Positions 1 to 11,962 of a stretch of 64,000 nucleotides of DNA are shown piece by piece. Numbering within the stretch: position 1 is the stretch's first letter; each line of letters opens with the position of its first letter. This DNA comes from Octopus sinensis (taxonomy: Eukaryota): assembly GCF_006345805.1 (NCBI RefSeq), contig NC_043012.1, positions 25,482,001 to 25,546,000 of the forward strand. Direction: 5' to 3'. The notes below the pieces were generated by a model that made no database searches, was not told where the DNA came from, and saw only the letters and a program-made list of their open reading frames with translations. A program made the translations under genes and the position numbers.

Positions 1-743
1 GTTCGACTGACATTTTGTTCAAGGCAGTGCCCAGCGTGGCCACAATATGATGACTTGTAATCAAGCGAAAAATACAAGCTTTTCAACGACTAGGAATGTG
101 TACCTATAACGAAGTTAAAGGACAGCGCTTCATTGGCGCATATTTGCTAAAATCAGTAAACCGTTTCGAACATATGGAAGCTTAATAAAAACCTCAGTAA
201 TACACTATGTAATATAATGTTGATAATGTTGATGTAAGCTTTAAATCATCATTTGTTCTTACAATGATTATTATGAAAATTACATATGACATATATTCTG
301 ACAGGTAGTTAGGAAGTAGCTTATCGTCCAACGATATTGTGATAATAACAAATTGCCCTCACGTTAAATCTGCAAATTAGTAACAGACATTTTGATGTTT
401 GTAACAAGTAGTTCTACAGGTTTAAGAATCGCAACGCAATAACTATTAAGTGTATCCATTGTGTATCAAGCACCAAACGAGGAGATGGAACAATTCAGGA
501 AATGAATAAAGCTTTTAATTAAAAGTGAAGTGATCTTGATTTCTCAAGTACGTTTTTACCGGTCGTCAACCTGGGATAACGCAGATTTTGAAGAATGCAA
601 ATCCTACAACTACTCGTGAATAATACTTTTACAATAGTACAACCCGACATCACTTAACTCGGATAATCAGTTGAAACTTTTAACTTTCCTTTTGTTAGTT
701 GTTTCTAACGATCGTGCAAGACGTACATAGTAACGAAATGATT

Positions 744-1285
744 TAAACTGTTGGCACGAGGCCAGCAACTTTGGAAGACGAGTGGAGTCGATTGCATCAA
801 TCTCAGCACATAAATGTCCCTAATTTTACCGACCACGAAAGGATAAAAGGCAAAGTTGACCTTGGCGGAATTTGAACTCACAACATAAAGATAGCTGAAA
901 TGGCGATAAGCATTTTGCCCGCCGTGCTAATGACTCCCAGATCGCTACCCTAACTAAAGCAGATACTTGTTTCAAATTTTGGCACAAAGCCAGCAAATTG
1001 GGTGGGAGGGTGCAAGACAATTAAGTTGACTCCAGTACTCAAATGGTACGTATTTTATCGACCCCGAAAGGACATAGTTATATAAGGCGATGAGCTGGTA
1101 GAATCGTTAGGACAGCGGGCAAAACGCTTAACGGCATTCGTCCCTCTTTATGTTCTGAGTTCAAATCGCGCCAAGGTCGTCTTTGCTATTTATTAGTGGG
1201 GATCGATATACTCTGGAGCACTGGAGTCGATATACTCGACTTACGCCGATCCTTGAAATCAGTGGCCGTATGCCAAAATATTGAA
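744..1285. mobile_element. Cluster of three family-A tRNA-derived SINE copies (744-951 minus, 970-1072 minus partial, 1084-1285 plus)
   Basis: Each carries family-A blocks seen elsewhere in the window (GAGCTGGCAGAA A-box-like head, GTTCTGAGTTCAAAT B-box, CTTTGCCTTTCATCCTTTCGGGGTCGATAAA body). Confidence 0.85.
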
Positions 1286-2326
1286 CCATTATTACAGAGA
1301 GATGTGAGCATTTTGTGAAATTACAGGTGAGTCGAAATTGCGATGCTGTTACTTGAATTAGATATATTTGATTCGGAAGCGAATCAAAATATAAGAGCTT
1401 GTAGTGTAATATCTGATGGCTACCGTGTCTGTTAATTTCGCCAGACGGCTTCTAGCATGTATCGCTGAGTTGAAACTTAAATCCACACTGCTTGAATTTT
1501 ATAAGTTTTTATAAGTACTCAGTAATGAGTTTCTCGCATCAGTAAATGTGTTATCCTTAAATCTACTTTTTAAAAAATAACCTTCATTTAACATCTATAA
1601 GAAAATAAGAAGCGTATGTCACTTCCAAAGATCATTTGAAGAATCCCGTCAGAAATGGTAAATGCTTAATGATTAACGCTGTGTGAGAAAGGATTAACTA
1701 CAAGAAGAGTAAAGAATATGAATGATGTAATAAGGAAAGCTACAAATCACCTAATTTCTGTTACCGTAATTATTTGCTTTAAAAATAGGAACAATAAAAC
1801 CGGATTGTAGATTAAATGAAGTCAACATTATCGAATTTTATCCTACCATCTCAATATTTATAGGGCGGCGAATATATGTATATATATCGCTATAAAAGCC
1901 AGAAAATTTTGTGTGCTTCGATACTCCAAATTCTTCAAAATACAGTGAATCCCTCCAAGAAGGGCACCCTCGCTGCCATACGATGGTGTTAAATAAATGA
2001 CGGATTGATTCTACAATTCATGAAGGATATACAGGGATTTGAACTTAGAATGCAACATGCTGGAATGAATAGAGCAAGACGTACAGTTCTGCCAATCCAC
2101 CACACTGGTAGATACGTTTTTTATTCGGTCTGAAAAGATGGATGGCATAGTTGAACTTGTCAGATCTTAACTCAAAGTGCACTGGTTCAGAATAAATTCC
2201 ACAAAGCATTCATTCTGAGAGGCTACCGACCCTGTGTTGCACAGCACCAAAATATAAGGATGATGCAAGTTCCATCGCTACCAAAGTAGCTCTTGCAATG
2301 CATTGCGATGTAAGCTAATCAAACGG

Positions 2327-2508
2327 TACGAGGGGCTGCTGATAAAAGTTCTTGGCTTTAAGATGTCGCGAAAGGCTTGGTCGGAGGCCCAACGTGCTGT
2401 GTTCCTTTACAGGGCTGAGAAAACTGAAGGACCACTGGAATAAGTATGTGATAATTAGACGAGAATATGTTGACTAAAATTATAATTTTTAGCACCCCAT
2501 CATTCGTA
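2327..2508 (+). mobile_element. Mariner-derived MITE, copy 1
   Basis: TA-CGAGGGGCTGCTG...AAAAGTTCTTGGCTTT left end, decayed right end CATTCG-TA. The interior reads like a mariner transposase C-terminus (GLRKLKDHWNKYV...EYVD*). Confidence 0.7.
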
Positions 2509-2519
2509 TGTAGTCTAGT

Positions 2520-2912
2520 ATTCTTTTCTGCTCTAGAGACAAGACCCGAATAGTGTTACATCGACCCCAGTACGCAACTGGTACTAAATTTATCGACCCT
2601 GAGAGGATAAAAAGCAGAGTCGACCTCAGCGAAATTTGAACTCAGAAAGTAAAGACAGACGAAATACCGCTATGTATTTCGCCCGGCGTACTAACGCCTC
2701 TTATTTTTATTGCTCACAAGGGGCTAAACAAAAAGGAAACAAACAAGGACAGACAAAGGGATTAAGTCGATTACATCGGCCCCAGTGCATATCTGGTACT
2801 TAATTTATCCACCCCGAAAGGATGAAAGGCAAAGTCAACCTCGGCGCAATTTGAACTCAGAACGTATAGACAGACGAAATAACCAATAAGCAATTCGCCC
2901 AAGGTGCTAACG
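2520..2912 (-). mobile_element. Two tandem family-A SINEs (2520-2700, 2701-2912)
   Basis: Reverse complement of family-A blocks (...GGCAAAGTCAACCTCGGCG.AATTTGAACTCAGAAC) occurs twice. Confidence 0.9.
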
Positions 2913-2958
2913 TTTCCGCCAATATTGTCTAATATTGGAGCATATATTATACTGTTTA

Positions 2959-3398
2959 AAGGCGGCGAGCTGGCAGAAACGTTAGCAAGCTGGGCGAAAT
3001 GCGTAGCCGTATTACGCCTGCCGTTACGTTCTGAGTTCAAATTCCGCCGAGGTCGACTTTGCATTTCATTCTTTCGGGGTCGATAATTAAGTACCAGTTA
3101 CGCATTGGGGTCGATGTAATCGACTTAATCCGTTTGTCTGCCATTGTTTGTCCCTTCTATGTTTAGTCCTTTGTGGGCAATAAAGAAATAAGAATCGTTA
3201 GCACGCCGGGCGAAATGTTTAGCTGCATTTTGTCTGCCGTTACGTTCTGAGTTCAAATTCCGCCGAAATCAACTTTGCCTTTCATCATTTTGGGGTGGAT
3301 AAATTAGGTAACAGTTGAATACTGTGGCTGGTGTAATCAACTATCTCCCTCACCACTATTTCAAGCTTTGTGACTATAGTAGAAATGATTATATTATA
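2959..3398 (+). mobile_element. Two tandem family-A SINEs (2959-3194 near full length; 3195-3398 5'-truncated)
   Basis: GGCGGCGAGCTGGCAGAAACGTTAGC head and GTTCTGAGTTCAAATTCCGCCGA B-box. The two copies have different 3' tails. Confidence 0.9.
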
Positions 3399-3511
3399 GT
3401 GTTAAGCTTATAAAATATTCGCATTATTTGCAGAATTCTCAATTGTCACCGCTTCTCATACCATTTCAGAATAAGCATACACACACACGCACACACACAC
3501 GCACACACACA

Positions 3512-3559
<48 letters not shown>

Positions 3560-3570
3560 CACACAGAGGA

Positions 3571-3681
3571 GGACTACTGCAATAACTGTGTGACCATGGG
3601 CAGCGAGTATGTTGAATGAAATTATGATTAACTGATCCTCCTCTATTTTCTGGAATGGTTCGGCATCCACCACACCCCGTA
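3571..3681 (+). mobile_element. Right half of mariner-derived MITE (copy 2)
   Basis: Reads DYCNNCVTMGSEYVE* (mariner C-terminus-like) and ends CCCCG-TA. The left part is replaced by (CA)n. Confidence 0.55.
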
Positions 3682-4027
3682 TAAACAAAGAATCCAGTTT
3701 GCACGGCAGGAATAATTTGTCAGAACAGATACCAGGAAGCAAAGAAAAAAAAAACACCGCCACCATCAAAAACAACAACAACATTATCCTGCAAGCAGTG
3801 GAGGCCACGGTTGAAATACTTTCGAACACGTGCTTGTTGAATCAGAAGAAAACCAACTAGAACTTTATTTAAAATATGTGTGACGTCAATAATTTCGATG
3901 AAAACGAAATATGAAATATCGTCACAGGAGATAGATTTCGTGATTATGACGTGAGTGCGTATGTGTGTATAGTTGTATGTATGTATAGGTGTATGTACAT
4001 GTATGTATGTCTATATGTATGTATTTC

Positions 4028-4225
<198 letters not shown>

Positions 4226-4470
4226 GGCGGATTGATAAATAGATACGTACAACTATCTATACTGATCTATACATACACGTATAACTATACATACAATTTG
4301 AAATAAAAATGAACAATGACATACATACATATATATACTTATTTCTATATAATTAACATGCGTCACCAGGTATGTGTATCAAAATTTATTATAAAATAAT
4401 CTCATATTATTCATAAGGTATCTCTAGTATTCCCTGTGTGTAGTTATGATTTATAAGTTTATAGTTTATG

Positions 4471-5173
4471 AATGTATTATGTGATAAGTTTCTGGTTTGG
4501 CCATGGATTCAACAAAAAAATTTCAGCTTGTCTGAACGATGAAAACGAATGTTAACGTAGATTTTATTTGACATCCTATCAAAGTTCATGATTCTCTCGT
4601 GTCCGGTTTAAATTAACATGAAATTTGATAACATGTTAACGAAAATCTACAATAACGTTCGTTCTAGCCGTCCAGATAAACTGAATATTTTTTCTTGAAT
4701 CTATGGCTAAACAGGAAAACTTTTCTTGGGCGACCTTGGGCATCCTTGGCCACGACTGTCCCTCTGTGTTTCGGCGTAGAATAACTGTCACAGAGCTGAG
4801 CGAAGAGGATCTGGACCTCAATCCATAAATGTATTATCGGATAGGTTTCTGGTTTAGCCATGAATTGAAGAAAACGAACGATATTGTAGTTTTTCTTTAA
4901 CATTCTGTCAAATTCCATCTTTATTTAAACCTCACACGAAATCAGGAAGTATCAATGCTTTCCTTTATAGAAATAGCTGCTAAAAGTGTATCTAAGTACC
5001 CCTTTTCTTGAACGAACTTGGGTGTCCTTGGGTACAACTGTCCGTCTATAATTCTGCGTAGGATAACTGTCGCAAAATACTTGATTTATCGATGTGGATT
5101 ATATGACCGTACCATTGAAGCTGAACGAAGAGGAACTTTAACTCAAAGCTTAAATGTATTATGGGATAGGTTG
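4471..5173. repeat. Degenerate tandem repeat of ~325-357 bp units; first unit contains a long imperfect palindrome
   Basis: AATGTATTAT.GGATA.GTT starts at 4471, 4828 and 5153. Arms 4486-4590 and 4617-4722 are reverse-complementary. Confidence 0.75.
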
Positions 5174-5389
5174 TACTAGAGGTTGCTGAAAAGTCCGTGG
5201 CTTTGAGGATATGGTGAAAGGACTGGCTGGTCCCAAACATCCGAGTTCTATAACAGAGCTTAGAAAAACTGATGGATCGCTGCAATACGTATGTGATTTT
5301 GAGAGGGGAATATGTGGAATAAAACTGGAATTAACGGATCTTCCTCTATTGTTTTTAGCCAAAGCCAAGAACTGTACAAACCAGTCGTA
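5174..5389 (+). mobile_element. Mariner-derived MITE, copy 3
   Basis: TA..GAGGTTGCTGAAAAGTCCGTGGCTTT ... AAAGCCAAGAACTGTACAAACCAGTCG-TA TIRs. Interior ELRKTDGSLQYVCDFERGICG region shares GAGAGGGGAATATGTGGAATAAAA with the other copies. Confidence 0.7.
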
Positions 5390-5825
5390 GAGTTTGTGTT
5401 TCAAAAACTATCAGTTAGGAGATGCTGTCCAACGACGAGATTCGTATTATTAATAACAAAACGTATCTGTGAAAATTATCAAGCTGTTTGATATGTCTGC
5501 GTTACGTTGTCCACGTTTTCCATCCACACAGATATGATGGGAGGACAACAGTCTCAATGACATACAGCATGATGGAAAGGCGAATGTCTTATCTGCGGTA
5601 GAATTTCGAACCTACAAATATACAAAATAACTCAAAGACGTATTGCTTTCCGCCGTGCATCTGACTTCTCATGGGGGTCTGGCTGTTATACACTAACGGC
5701 AATATGAAAAAGTCATGTGTACGTGTTAGTGGGAATGGTGTATAAATGGATATTCTCTCGAAAGAAAAACGACCAAGGAAGAAACAAGACAAACAAAAAT
5801 TTCGATGATTGCCTACATGAGGCTC

Positions 5826-5918
5826 CCTTTCTTTCCTGATGAGAAGATTGCATAATGCACCCTTTATTCCTTTGGAATGAAAACATGCTGTCTTCGAAAC
5901 ATATGTAGAGAGTAAAGG
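5826..5918 (+). ncRNA. Candidate type I hammerhead ribozyme
   Basis: CTGATGA 5836-5842; stem II GAAGA/TCTTC (5843-5847/5891-5895); GAAA 5896-5899; palindromic stem III ACATATGT; GUA cleavage triplet at 5905-5907; stem I CCTTTCTTTC with GAGAG-T-AAAGG (10 bp, one G-U, one bulge). Confidence 0.75.
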
Positions 5919-6122
5919 AATTTTGTTAACATCTTCGTTCGACTCCATACTTTCATTTATTCATATACAACACACAAATTTCTGCACATGAACCCGGAGT
6001 TTCTACCCTTGACAGGTCGCTTCAACCGTGTTTCTGACGTGAATTTGCTACCCAGGTTTCGGTTAAACGAATTTTCCATGCTGACGATAAACATAGGATA
6101 ATTCATTCACCTACTTAATATA

Positions 6123-6167
<45 letters not shown>

Positions 6168-6185
6168 CACACACACACACACACA

Positions 6186-6258
<73 letters not shown>

Positions 6259-7043
6259 AGGATGCGGGTGAATTAAGCACATAAATTGTAAGGCACCGGG
6301 TCGTATTTGTCTATTCCTACTCTACTTTTCATCCCATAGTAGAATTGTTGAATTGTTATCTTTATGTCTCCATCAAACAGTCCCTTAGTAATAAAGCTAG
6401 CATGGAAATGATGTTAATTAGGTTAATATATAAACGGCAGTGAACGCTATGTTTCTCTTTAAACCTTATATCTCTAGTTGAATTGTATCTTAAGATAAAC
6501 AGGACCATCTCTTTCTTGATTGTGGAAATGAGACGCTTTGCTTACATCACCTTACCGTGCCGATTATCCACCTTCAAGGTTGTAAATCTTAATTACACCC
6601 TACCTGCATTTGATGTCATATTGTCTCCTCTACTATAAGATTTGGCATTTGATTTGGCAAACTCATACTGCGACCAGTGAAGTTCGTGGAATCACTAAAT
6701 ATGTACTTGCCGTGGATTTTTAAATGTTTTTCAATGTTGCTAATATTGCGTTACGTGATCTGAAGAAAACGGATTTTTATACTGATATAATGTACACATG
6801 AAACAATTAAAAGATTCGTTGGAAACGACTGTAATGAATTGACACCTACCAGCGTTTGCGCCATAATAGATCGTTAGCCACTACACACATTTTTTTCTCT
6901 CCTTGTTTTTTCTGTGTCCCCTTCTGTAGAAGAACGTAGGCTCGAAACTTAAAAGACTTTTTTCTATTCCTGAGCGTTATACTAATACATCTGTTTGTTT
7001 TGTACACCACCTGTCTTCGTCTTTTGTTTTTATCGTAAACTCT

Positions 7044-7117
<74 letters not shown>

Positions 7118-7145
7118 GATAGATAGATAGATATATATATATATA

Positions 7146-7183
<38 letters not shown>

Positions 7184-8531
7184 AAAAACGCATGCGCCCG
7201 TACTCCGACGGCCGGAATATATTTCTGTAATTATCTTTCATATTTCGCTCATATTTTTTGTTGTTGTTCTTTAAGCTCCGAAGCGGTGAGAGACGGATGA
7301 TCATTACATAAATCTCACCGAATCAAGATCACAATTCAAATATAGGAAGCGAAAAGGAGAGAACAGTGCAAAAAGGCGAAAATAAAACGGAAGCTGACTC
7401 AGAGTAGAAGGGAAGTGCTCGTCAGTATACCATTATTCTGTAAAGCATACAACAGATATATATTCGACACAATTATGAATGAACTACTTGCTTTGATGAG
7501 TGTTTTATTCGCATTCTCTTTATTTTTTCTCCTATTAAAGATATTCATACCAGAATGAGATTAGTGCGTATTCTAGTGAGAAGATTTTTTTGTTATAACG
7601 ATCATAAGCGATACAGCGCTAGTAAATGACTGCAGTGGAAAGAAAAATATGTTAAGCATAAGAATAAATGCAACAGTCAATATCACCAACAAGCAACCTC
7701 ATTGCTGTGGTCTCATTGCAAGGCATGGTTTAAGGAGAGCAATTTGGGATTTGGAGGAATTTGCGATTGAGATATCAAGCAGGCAACAGTGTGAGAGTAA
7801 AGCGACGTTTGTTGGCGGCGATTAAATATTTTTCATTTGTTCGTATTGTGTCATTTACCAATAAAATGTTCGAATTTGAAAGTGTTCATGTTGACTTGAA
7901 TGATATTCATCGAAGGTCTGTTTTTGGCAGCGCTGACATAGAGTAAAACAACCATCAAAGTCTACTACGACTGACATTTCTAATTCCGAAACTTTTCCCG
8001 TTTGTATTGTAGAGTTCTTTGGTTGGTCAGTGATATTATTTGATATTTTTTGCTTATGCAGCCCTTAATATTGCAGGTGTGACTCTGTGGTATAAAGTTT
8101 GTTCCACAACAACATGGTCGTAGGTTAAATCTCACTGCCTGGCATCTTGGACGAGTGAGTTTCACTATAGCCACAGGTTGAAAAAGCAGAAAAGAGGCAT
8201 TTCGCTACGATAATGTCTATGTCTGTGTACGAAAAAAAAAAAACAGATTTACTAGCGTGTGAGAAGTTAGTATAACGTAGTTCCCCAACGCACAAGTTAG
8301 TGAGGAACGAACCGGAATTGTGGAGTGGGGACCGAAACGGAAATTGTTGTTAGGACGAATATCATTTTGATAACAGATACAGCTGTTGAAATGCATCTTT
8401 CGTGAGTTCAGTATTTGTTTCCAAATAAACCTTAGGCATAAGTCTAAAGGTGACAACCATGGTTTTGCCTGCTACCGTAAGATCAGAACAAAACATAAGA
8501 TAAGCTTTTAAAAAAGTTCTAATACGACGCA

Positions 8532-8795
8532 AGCGTGGCTGTGTGGTAAGAATCTTGCTTCCCAACCACATGGTATCGGGTCCAGAATGTTTGTCCCCTT
8601 ACCATCGCTCGACAACCGATATTGGTGTGTTTACAACCCCGTAAAACTAGCGGTTCGGCAAAAGGAGGCGATAGAATAAGAACTAGGCTTACAAAGAATA
8701 AGTCCCGAGGTCAATTTCTTCAACTAAAAACCTTTAAGGCGGTACTCCAGCATGGTTGCAGTCAAATACCTGAAACAAGTAAAAGAATAAAAGAA
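8532..8795 (+). mobile_element. Family-B SINE with central deletion
   Basis: Head GCGTGGCTGTGTGGTAAGAA.CTTGCTTCCCAACCACATGG is joined directly to the 3' half (GACAACCGAT...CAGTCAAAT.CTGAAACAAGTAAAAG). Confidence 0.85.
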
Positions 8796-9088
8796 AAAAA
8801 AATAAAGCTTCTTTCTGCATAATCTTACAGTATTCATATCTGAATTCAGGTTATATATAGTAATATATCGTATAGTTATTGTATTTTCTTCGATACAAAG
8901 GAAGTTTTCTAACCAAACTTTCTAGCCAAAAGGGATACGTCAACCTTCAAACGGAGACGAATTTGAAGGGTCAAGTATTATACCTGTAATACAGCAGGAT
9001 TTTGGAAAATAGCCACGATTTACACTGTACATTACGTTGAATTCTAGACTACAAAATACCGTATATTATGTATAGAAAATACCTATAC

Positions 9089-9124
<36 letters not shown>

Positions 9125-9129
9125 ATATA

Positions 9130-9163
<34 letters not shown>

Positions 9164-9168
<5 letters not shown>

Positions 9169-9347
9169 TTCACTTTGATCACTTTGACCGACCAGTCCGT
9201 CAGGCGTCCATTTGATACCGCTGGTCACAGCACGCTGTCCACTCCTCTCTGGATCGCGCCTTTCTCATCCACGTGATCCCAATCGTCCTCCTGAAATCGT
9301 CACTCCACCGTCGTGGAGGTCTTCCGGGTGGTCTTTTCCGCTCACGA
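9164..9347 (-). mobile_element. RTE-clade LINE 3' fragment
   Basis: Minus strand translates RERKRPPGRPPRRWSDDFRRTIGITWMRKARSREEW, the R..GRP..RW.D C-terminal motif of RTE ORFs, followed by a short AAGTGA(TC) tandem tail. Confidence 0.75.
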
Positions 9348-9351
9348 TATA

Positions 9352-9422
<71 letters not shown>

Positions 9423-9998
9423 CAATAAGAGATGTCGGATAAACACTCGAAACATTCCTTTTAATTTGTATTGCTTAAATGTATAAACTTAAATAAATAC
9501 TTAGAGTAGAGTTAACAATACCGTTGAATCTAAGTAATTAATAACACTTGGTGATTATTTACAAAATTTCTGTGATTTAATTAATATTTCAAAACAAATA
9601 TTAAAAGTGACCAAATGTGTTCTTTTCAACAGCTGTATTTGTTGTTATAAAAGCCGTCTACGTAGCAACATCTTCCAGTTCAATCACCTCTTCACGTATC
9701 CATTGACCTATTCTTATGTTGCGCTTGGCTCTTAGCAACACCGGCTTCGCTTCTTTCTTTTTAAAATGAAAATAATTACAAAAAGAAAAAAATGAAAAAG
9801 AGGCGTTTGTTGATCATTTAATCTGGAAATTGGAAAGCTGCCTCTTTTCAATGCTGCCGACGCTGCTGCTGCTACTACTACTACTACTACTACTACTGTT
9901 GCTGCTGCTACCACTTTCCAGCTCTTTGTAATCCCATACGATTTAAGAAAGTAGTAGTGAAGTGCTAGGAGTCAATGTATCAGACTAACTTTTCCTTC

Positions 9999-10208
9999 CA
10001 ATGTCTTCTTCTTCTTCTTCTTCTTCTTCTTCTTCTTCTTCTTCTTCTTCTTCTTCTTCTTCTACTTCTACCTCTTCTTCTCTTCTTCTTCTTCTTCTCT
10101 TCTTCTTCTTCTTCTTCTTCTTCTTCTTCTTCTTCTTCTTCTAATTATTATTATTATTATTATTATTATCATTATTATTATTATTATTATTATTGTTATT
10201 ATTATTAC

Positions 10209-10247
<39 letters not shown>
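9999..10247. repeat. (CTT)n-(ATT)n compound microsatellite
   Basis: Direct reading. Confidence 0.95.
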
Positions 10248-10248
<1 letters not shown>

Positions 10249-10452
10249 AGCTAGCAGAATCGTTAGAGCGCCAGACGAAATACTTAATGACATTTTGCCA
10301 GTTGCTATGTTCTGAGTTCAAATTGAACCGTGGTCGACTTTGCTATTCATCCTTTCGCGGTCGATAAATTAAATACCAGTGAAACACTGGGGTCGATGCA
10401 ATCAACTTGTCCCCACGCCCCAAAATTTCAGGCCTTATGCCTATAGTAAAAA
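10249..10452 (+). mobile_element. Family-A SINE
   Basis: AGCTAGCAGAATCGTTAG head, GTTCTGAGTTCAAAT, CATCCTTTCGCGGTCGATAAATT, CCCAAAATTTCAGGCC tail. Confidence 0.85.
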
Positions 10453-10482
10453 TCATCATCGTCATCATCATCATCATCATCA

Positions 10483-10620
10483 TTGCCTTTGCACAGCTTC
10501 TAATGCTGGAAATGTACTGGTGTCAGCTGCTCGCTACCAGTGAACTAAGGTAACACCTCTTATTTTCCCAGAACCTTCCGGAGTATTCGAGCGCTTCCAA
10601 GTGGTGGTGTTTTCTGCAAA
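10483..10620 (-). mobile_element. R4/Dong-like LINE extreme 3' end (subfamily gamma)
   Basis: Minus strand LQKTPPLGSARILRKVLGK* plus a 3'UTR matching 40350-40490, followed by (GAT)n. Confidence 0.75.
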
Positions 10621-10633
10621 TTATTATTACTCT

Positions 10634-11026
10634 TTTTCTCTTTTACTTGTTTCAGTCATGTGACTGTCGTCATGCTCGCGCACCGCTTTAATCGAGCAAA
10701 TCGAACCCTATGCCTTATTCTTTGTAAGTCTAGTACTTATTCTATCGGTCTCTTTTGCCGAACCGCTAGATTAAGGGGACGCAAACACACAGGCATCGGT
10801 TGTCAAGCGATGTTGGGGAGACAAACACAGACACACAAACATATACACACACACACATACATATATACGACGGGCTTCTTTCAGTTTCTGTCTACCAAAT
10901 CCACTGACAAGGCGTTGGTCGGCTCGAAGCTATAGCTGGTCGGCCAAAGCTGCCACGCAGTAGGACTGATCCCAGAACCATGTGGTTCGTAAGCAAGCTA
11001 CTTACCACACAGCCTCTCTTACGCCT
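10634..11026 (-). mobile_element. Family-B SINE with internal CA/TA microsatellite
   Basis: Reverse complement of the family-B head, GGTAGACAGAAACTGAAAGAAGCCCGTCG block and 3' half. Confidence 0.9.
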
Positions 11027-11759
11027 ATTATTATTATCATTATTATTATCATCATCATACACCCTCAAATAGGGCCCCTCAGTGTTATTACCATATTTGT
11101 CATACCTTTAAATTTGATTCCCTGTTTCCTCTCTTTCTCGATGTATACATGTATTTTTGTATTTGGAAATTCACTGCTATTTACTACAATGTCTAAGAAG
11201 GGCCGCAGATCTGTCCCTGACATCAATCATTGTATTCCAGCCGAGTCATTTGACGGCTGCCTCTATTAACAAGAGATTTCTTTACATTTTCTCATCAATA
11301 ATGATCATTACTGCTATTTCTACAAAAGAAAACCTAAGGGGAACCTAATATCTCATGTCACTTCTCAATAATTTTGTATGAGTCACACACAAACACAAAC
11401 ACACCCACACACACACACGCACACAAAAACACACACACAACAACAATACCTCTATTGTGTTGGGTATTGTTTTACTCACACATTTTTCCTGATACGTTTT
11501 ATCGTTTCTTTTATCATTTACTGGGATCAGTCATTCGAATTCGGCCATGCTGCAGGAGCGCCTTGAGTTTTTAGTCGAATGATTCCACCCCAAGAATAAT
11601 CTTTTTAAACCCGGTACTTATTCTGTCGGTCGCCAAGCGGTGGAAGTGGAGAAGCAACTCAGACAGAAAGACATAAGCATCTATATACATACATACATAC
11701 ATACATACATACATACATACATACATACATACATACATACATACATACATACATACATG

Positions 11760-11962
11760 ACCGCGTGTGTACCGTTGGCGATTATTTTTCCTCTGTTTTC
11801 CCTTCTCTGGATCTTTCCTTCTCCTATGTTTCTGACGAAGAGCTCCGCTCGAAACGTTAAACCCTCCTTCTTTCCTTCTGTCCTGAGCGTCCAATAATAC
11901 TATATTTGTTCCACGTCCTCGCGTTGTTGTGTTTTTTTGTGCTTTCGTGTTTGAATTAACTT

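Noticed and set aside
4471-5173. CRISPR-like repeat-spacer array
   Set aside because: Units are >300 bp and degenerate, there are no cas genes, and the context is eukaryotic.
7188-7197. NRF1-like ACGCATGCGC motif suggesting a promoter
   Set aside because: It is a single partial motif next to a microsatellite, with no supporting exon or CpG island.
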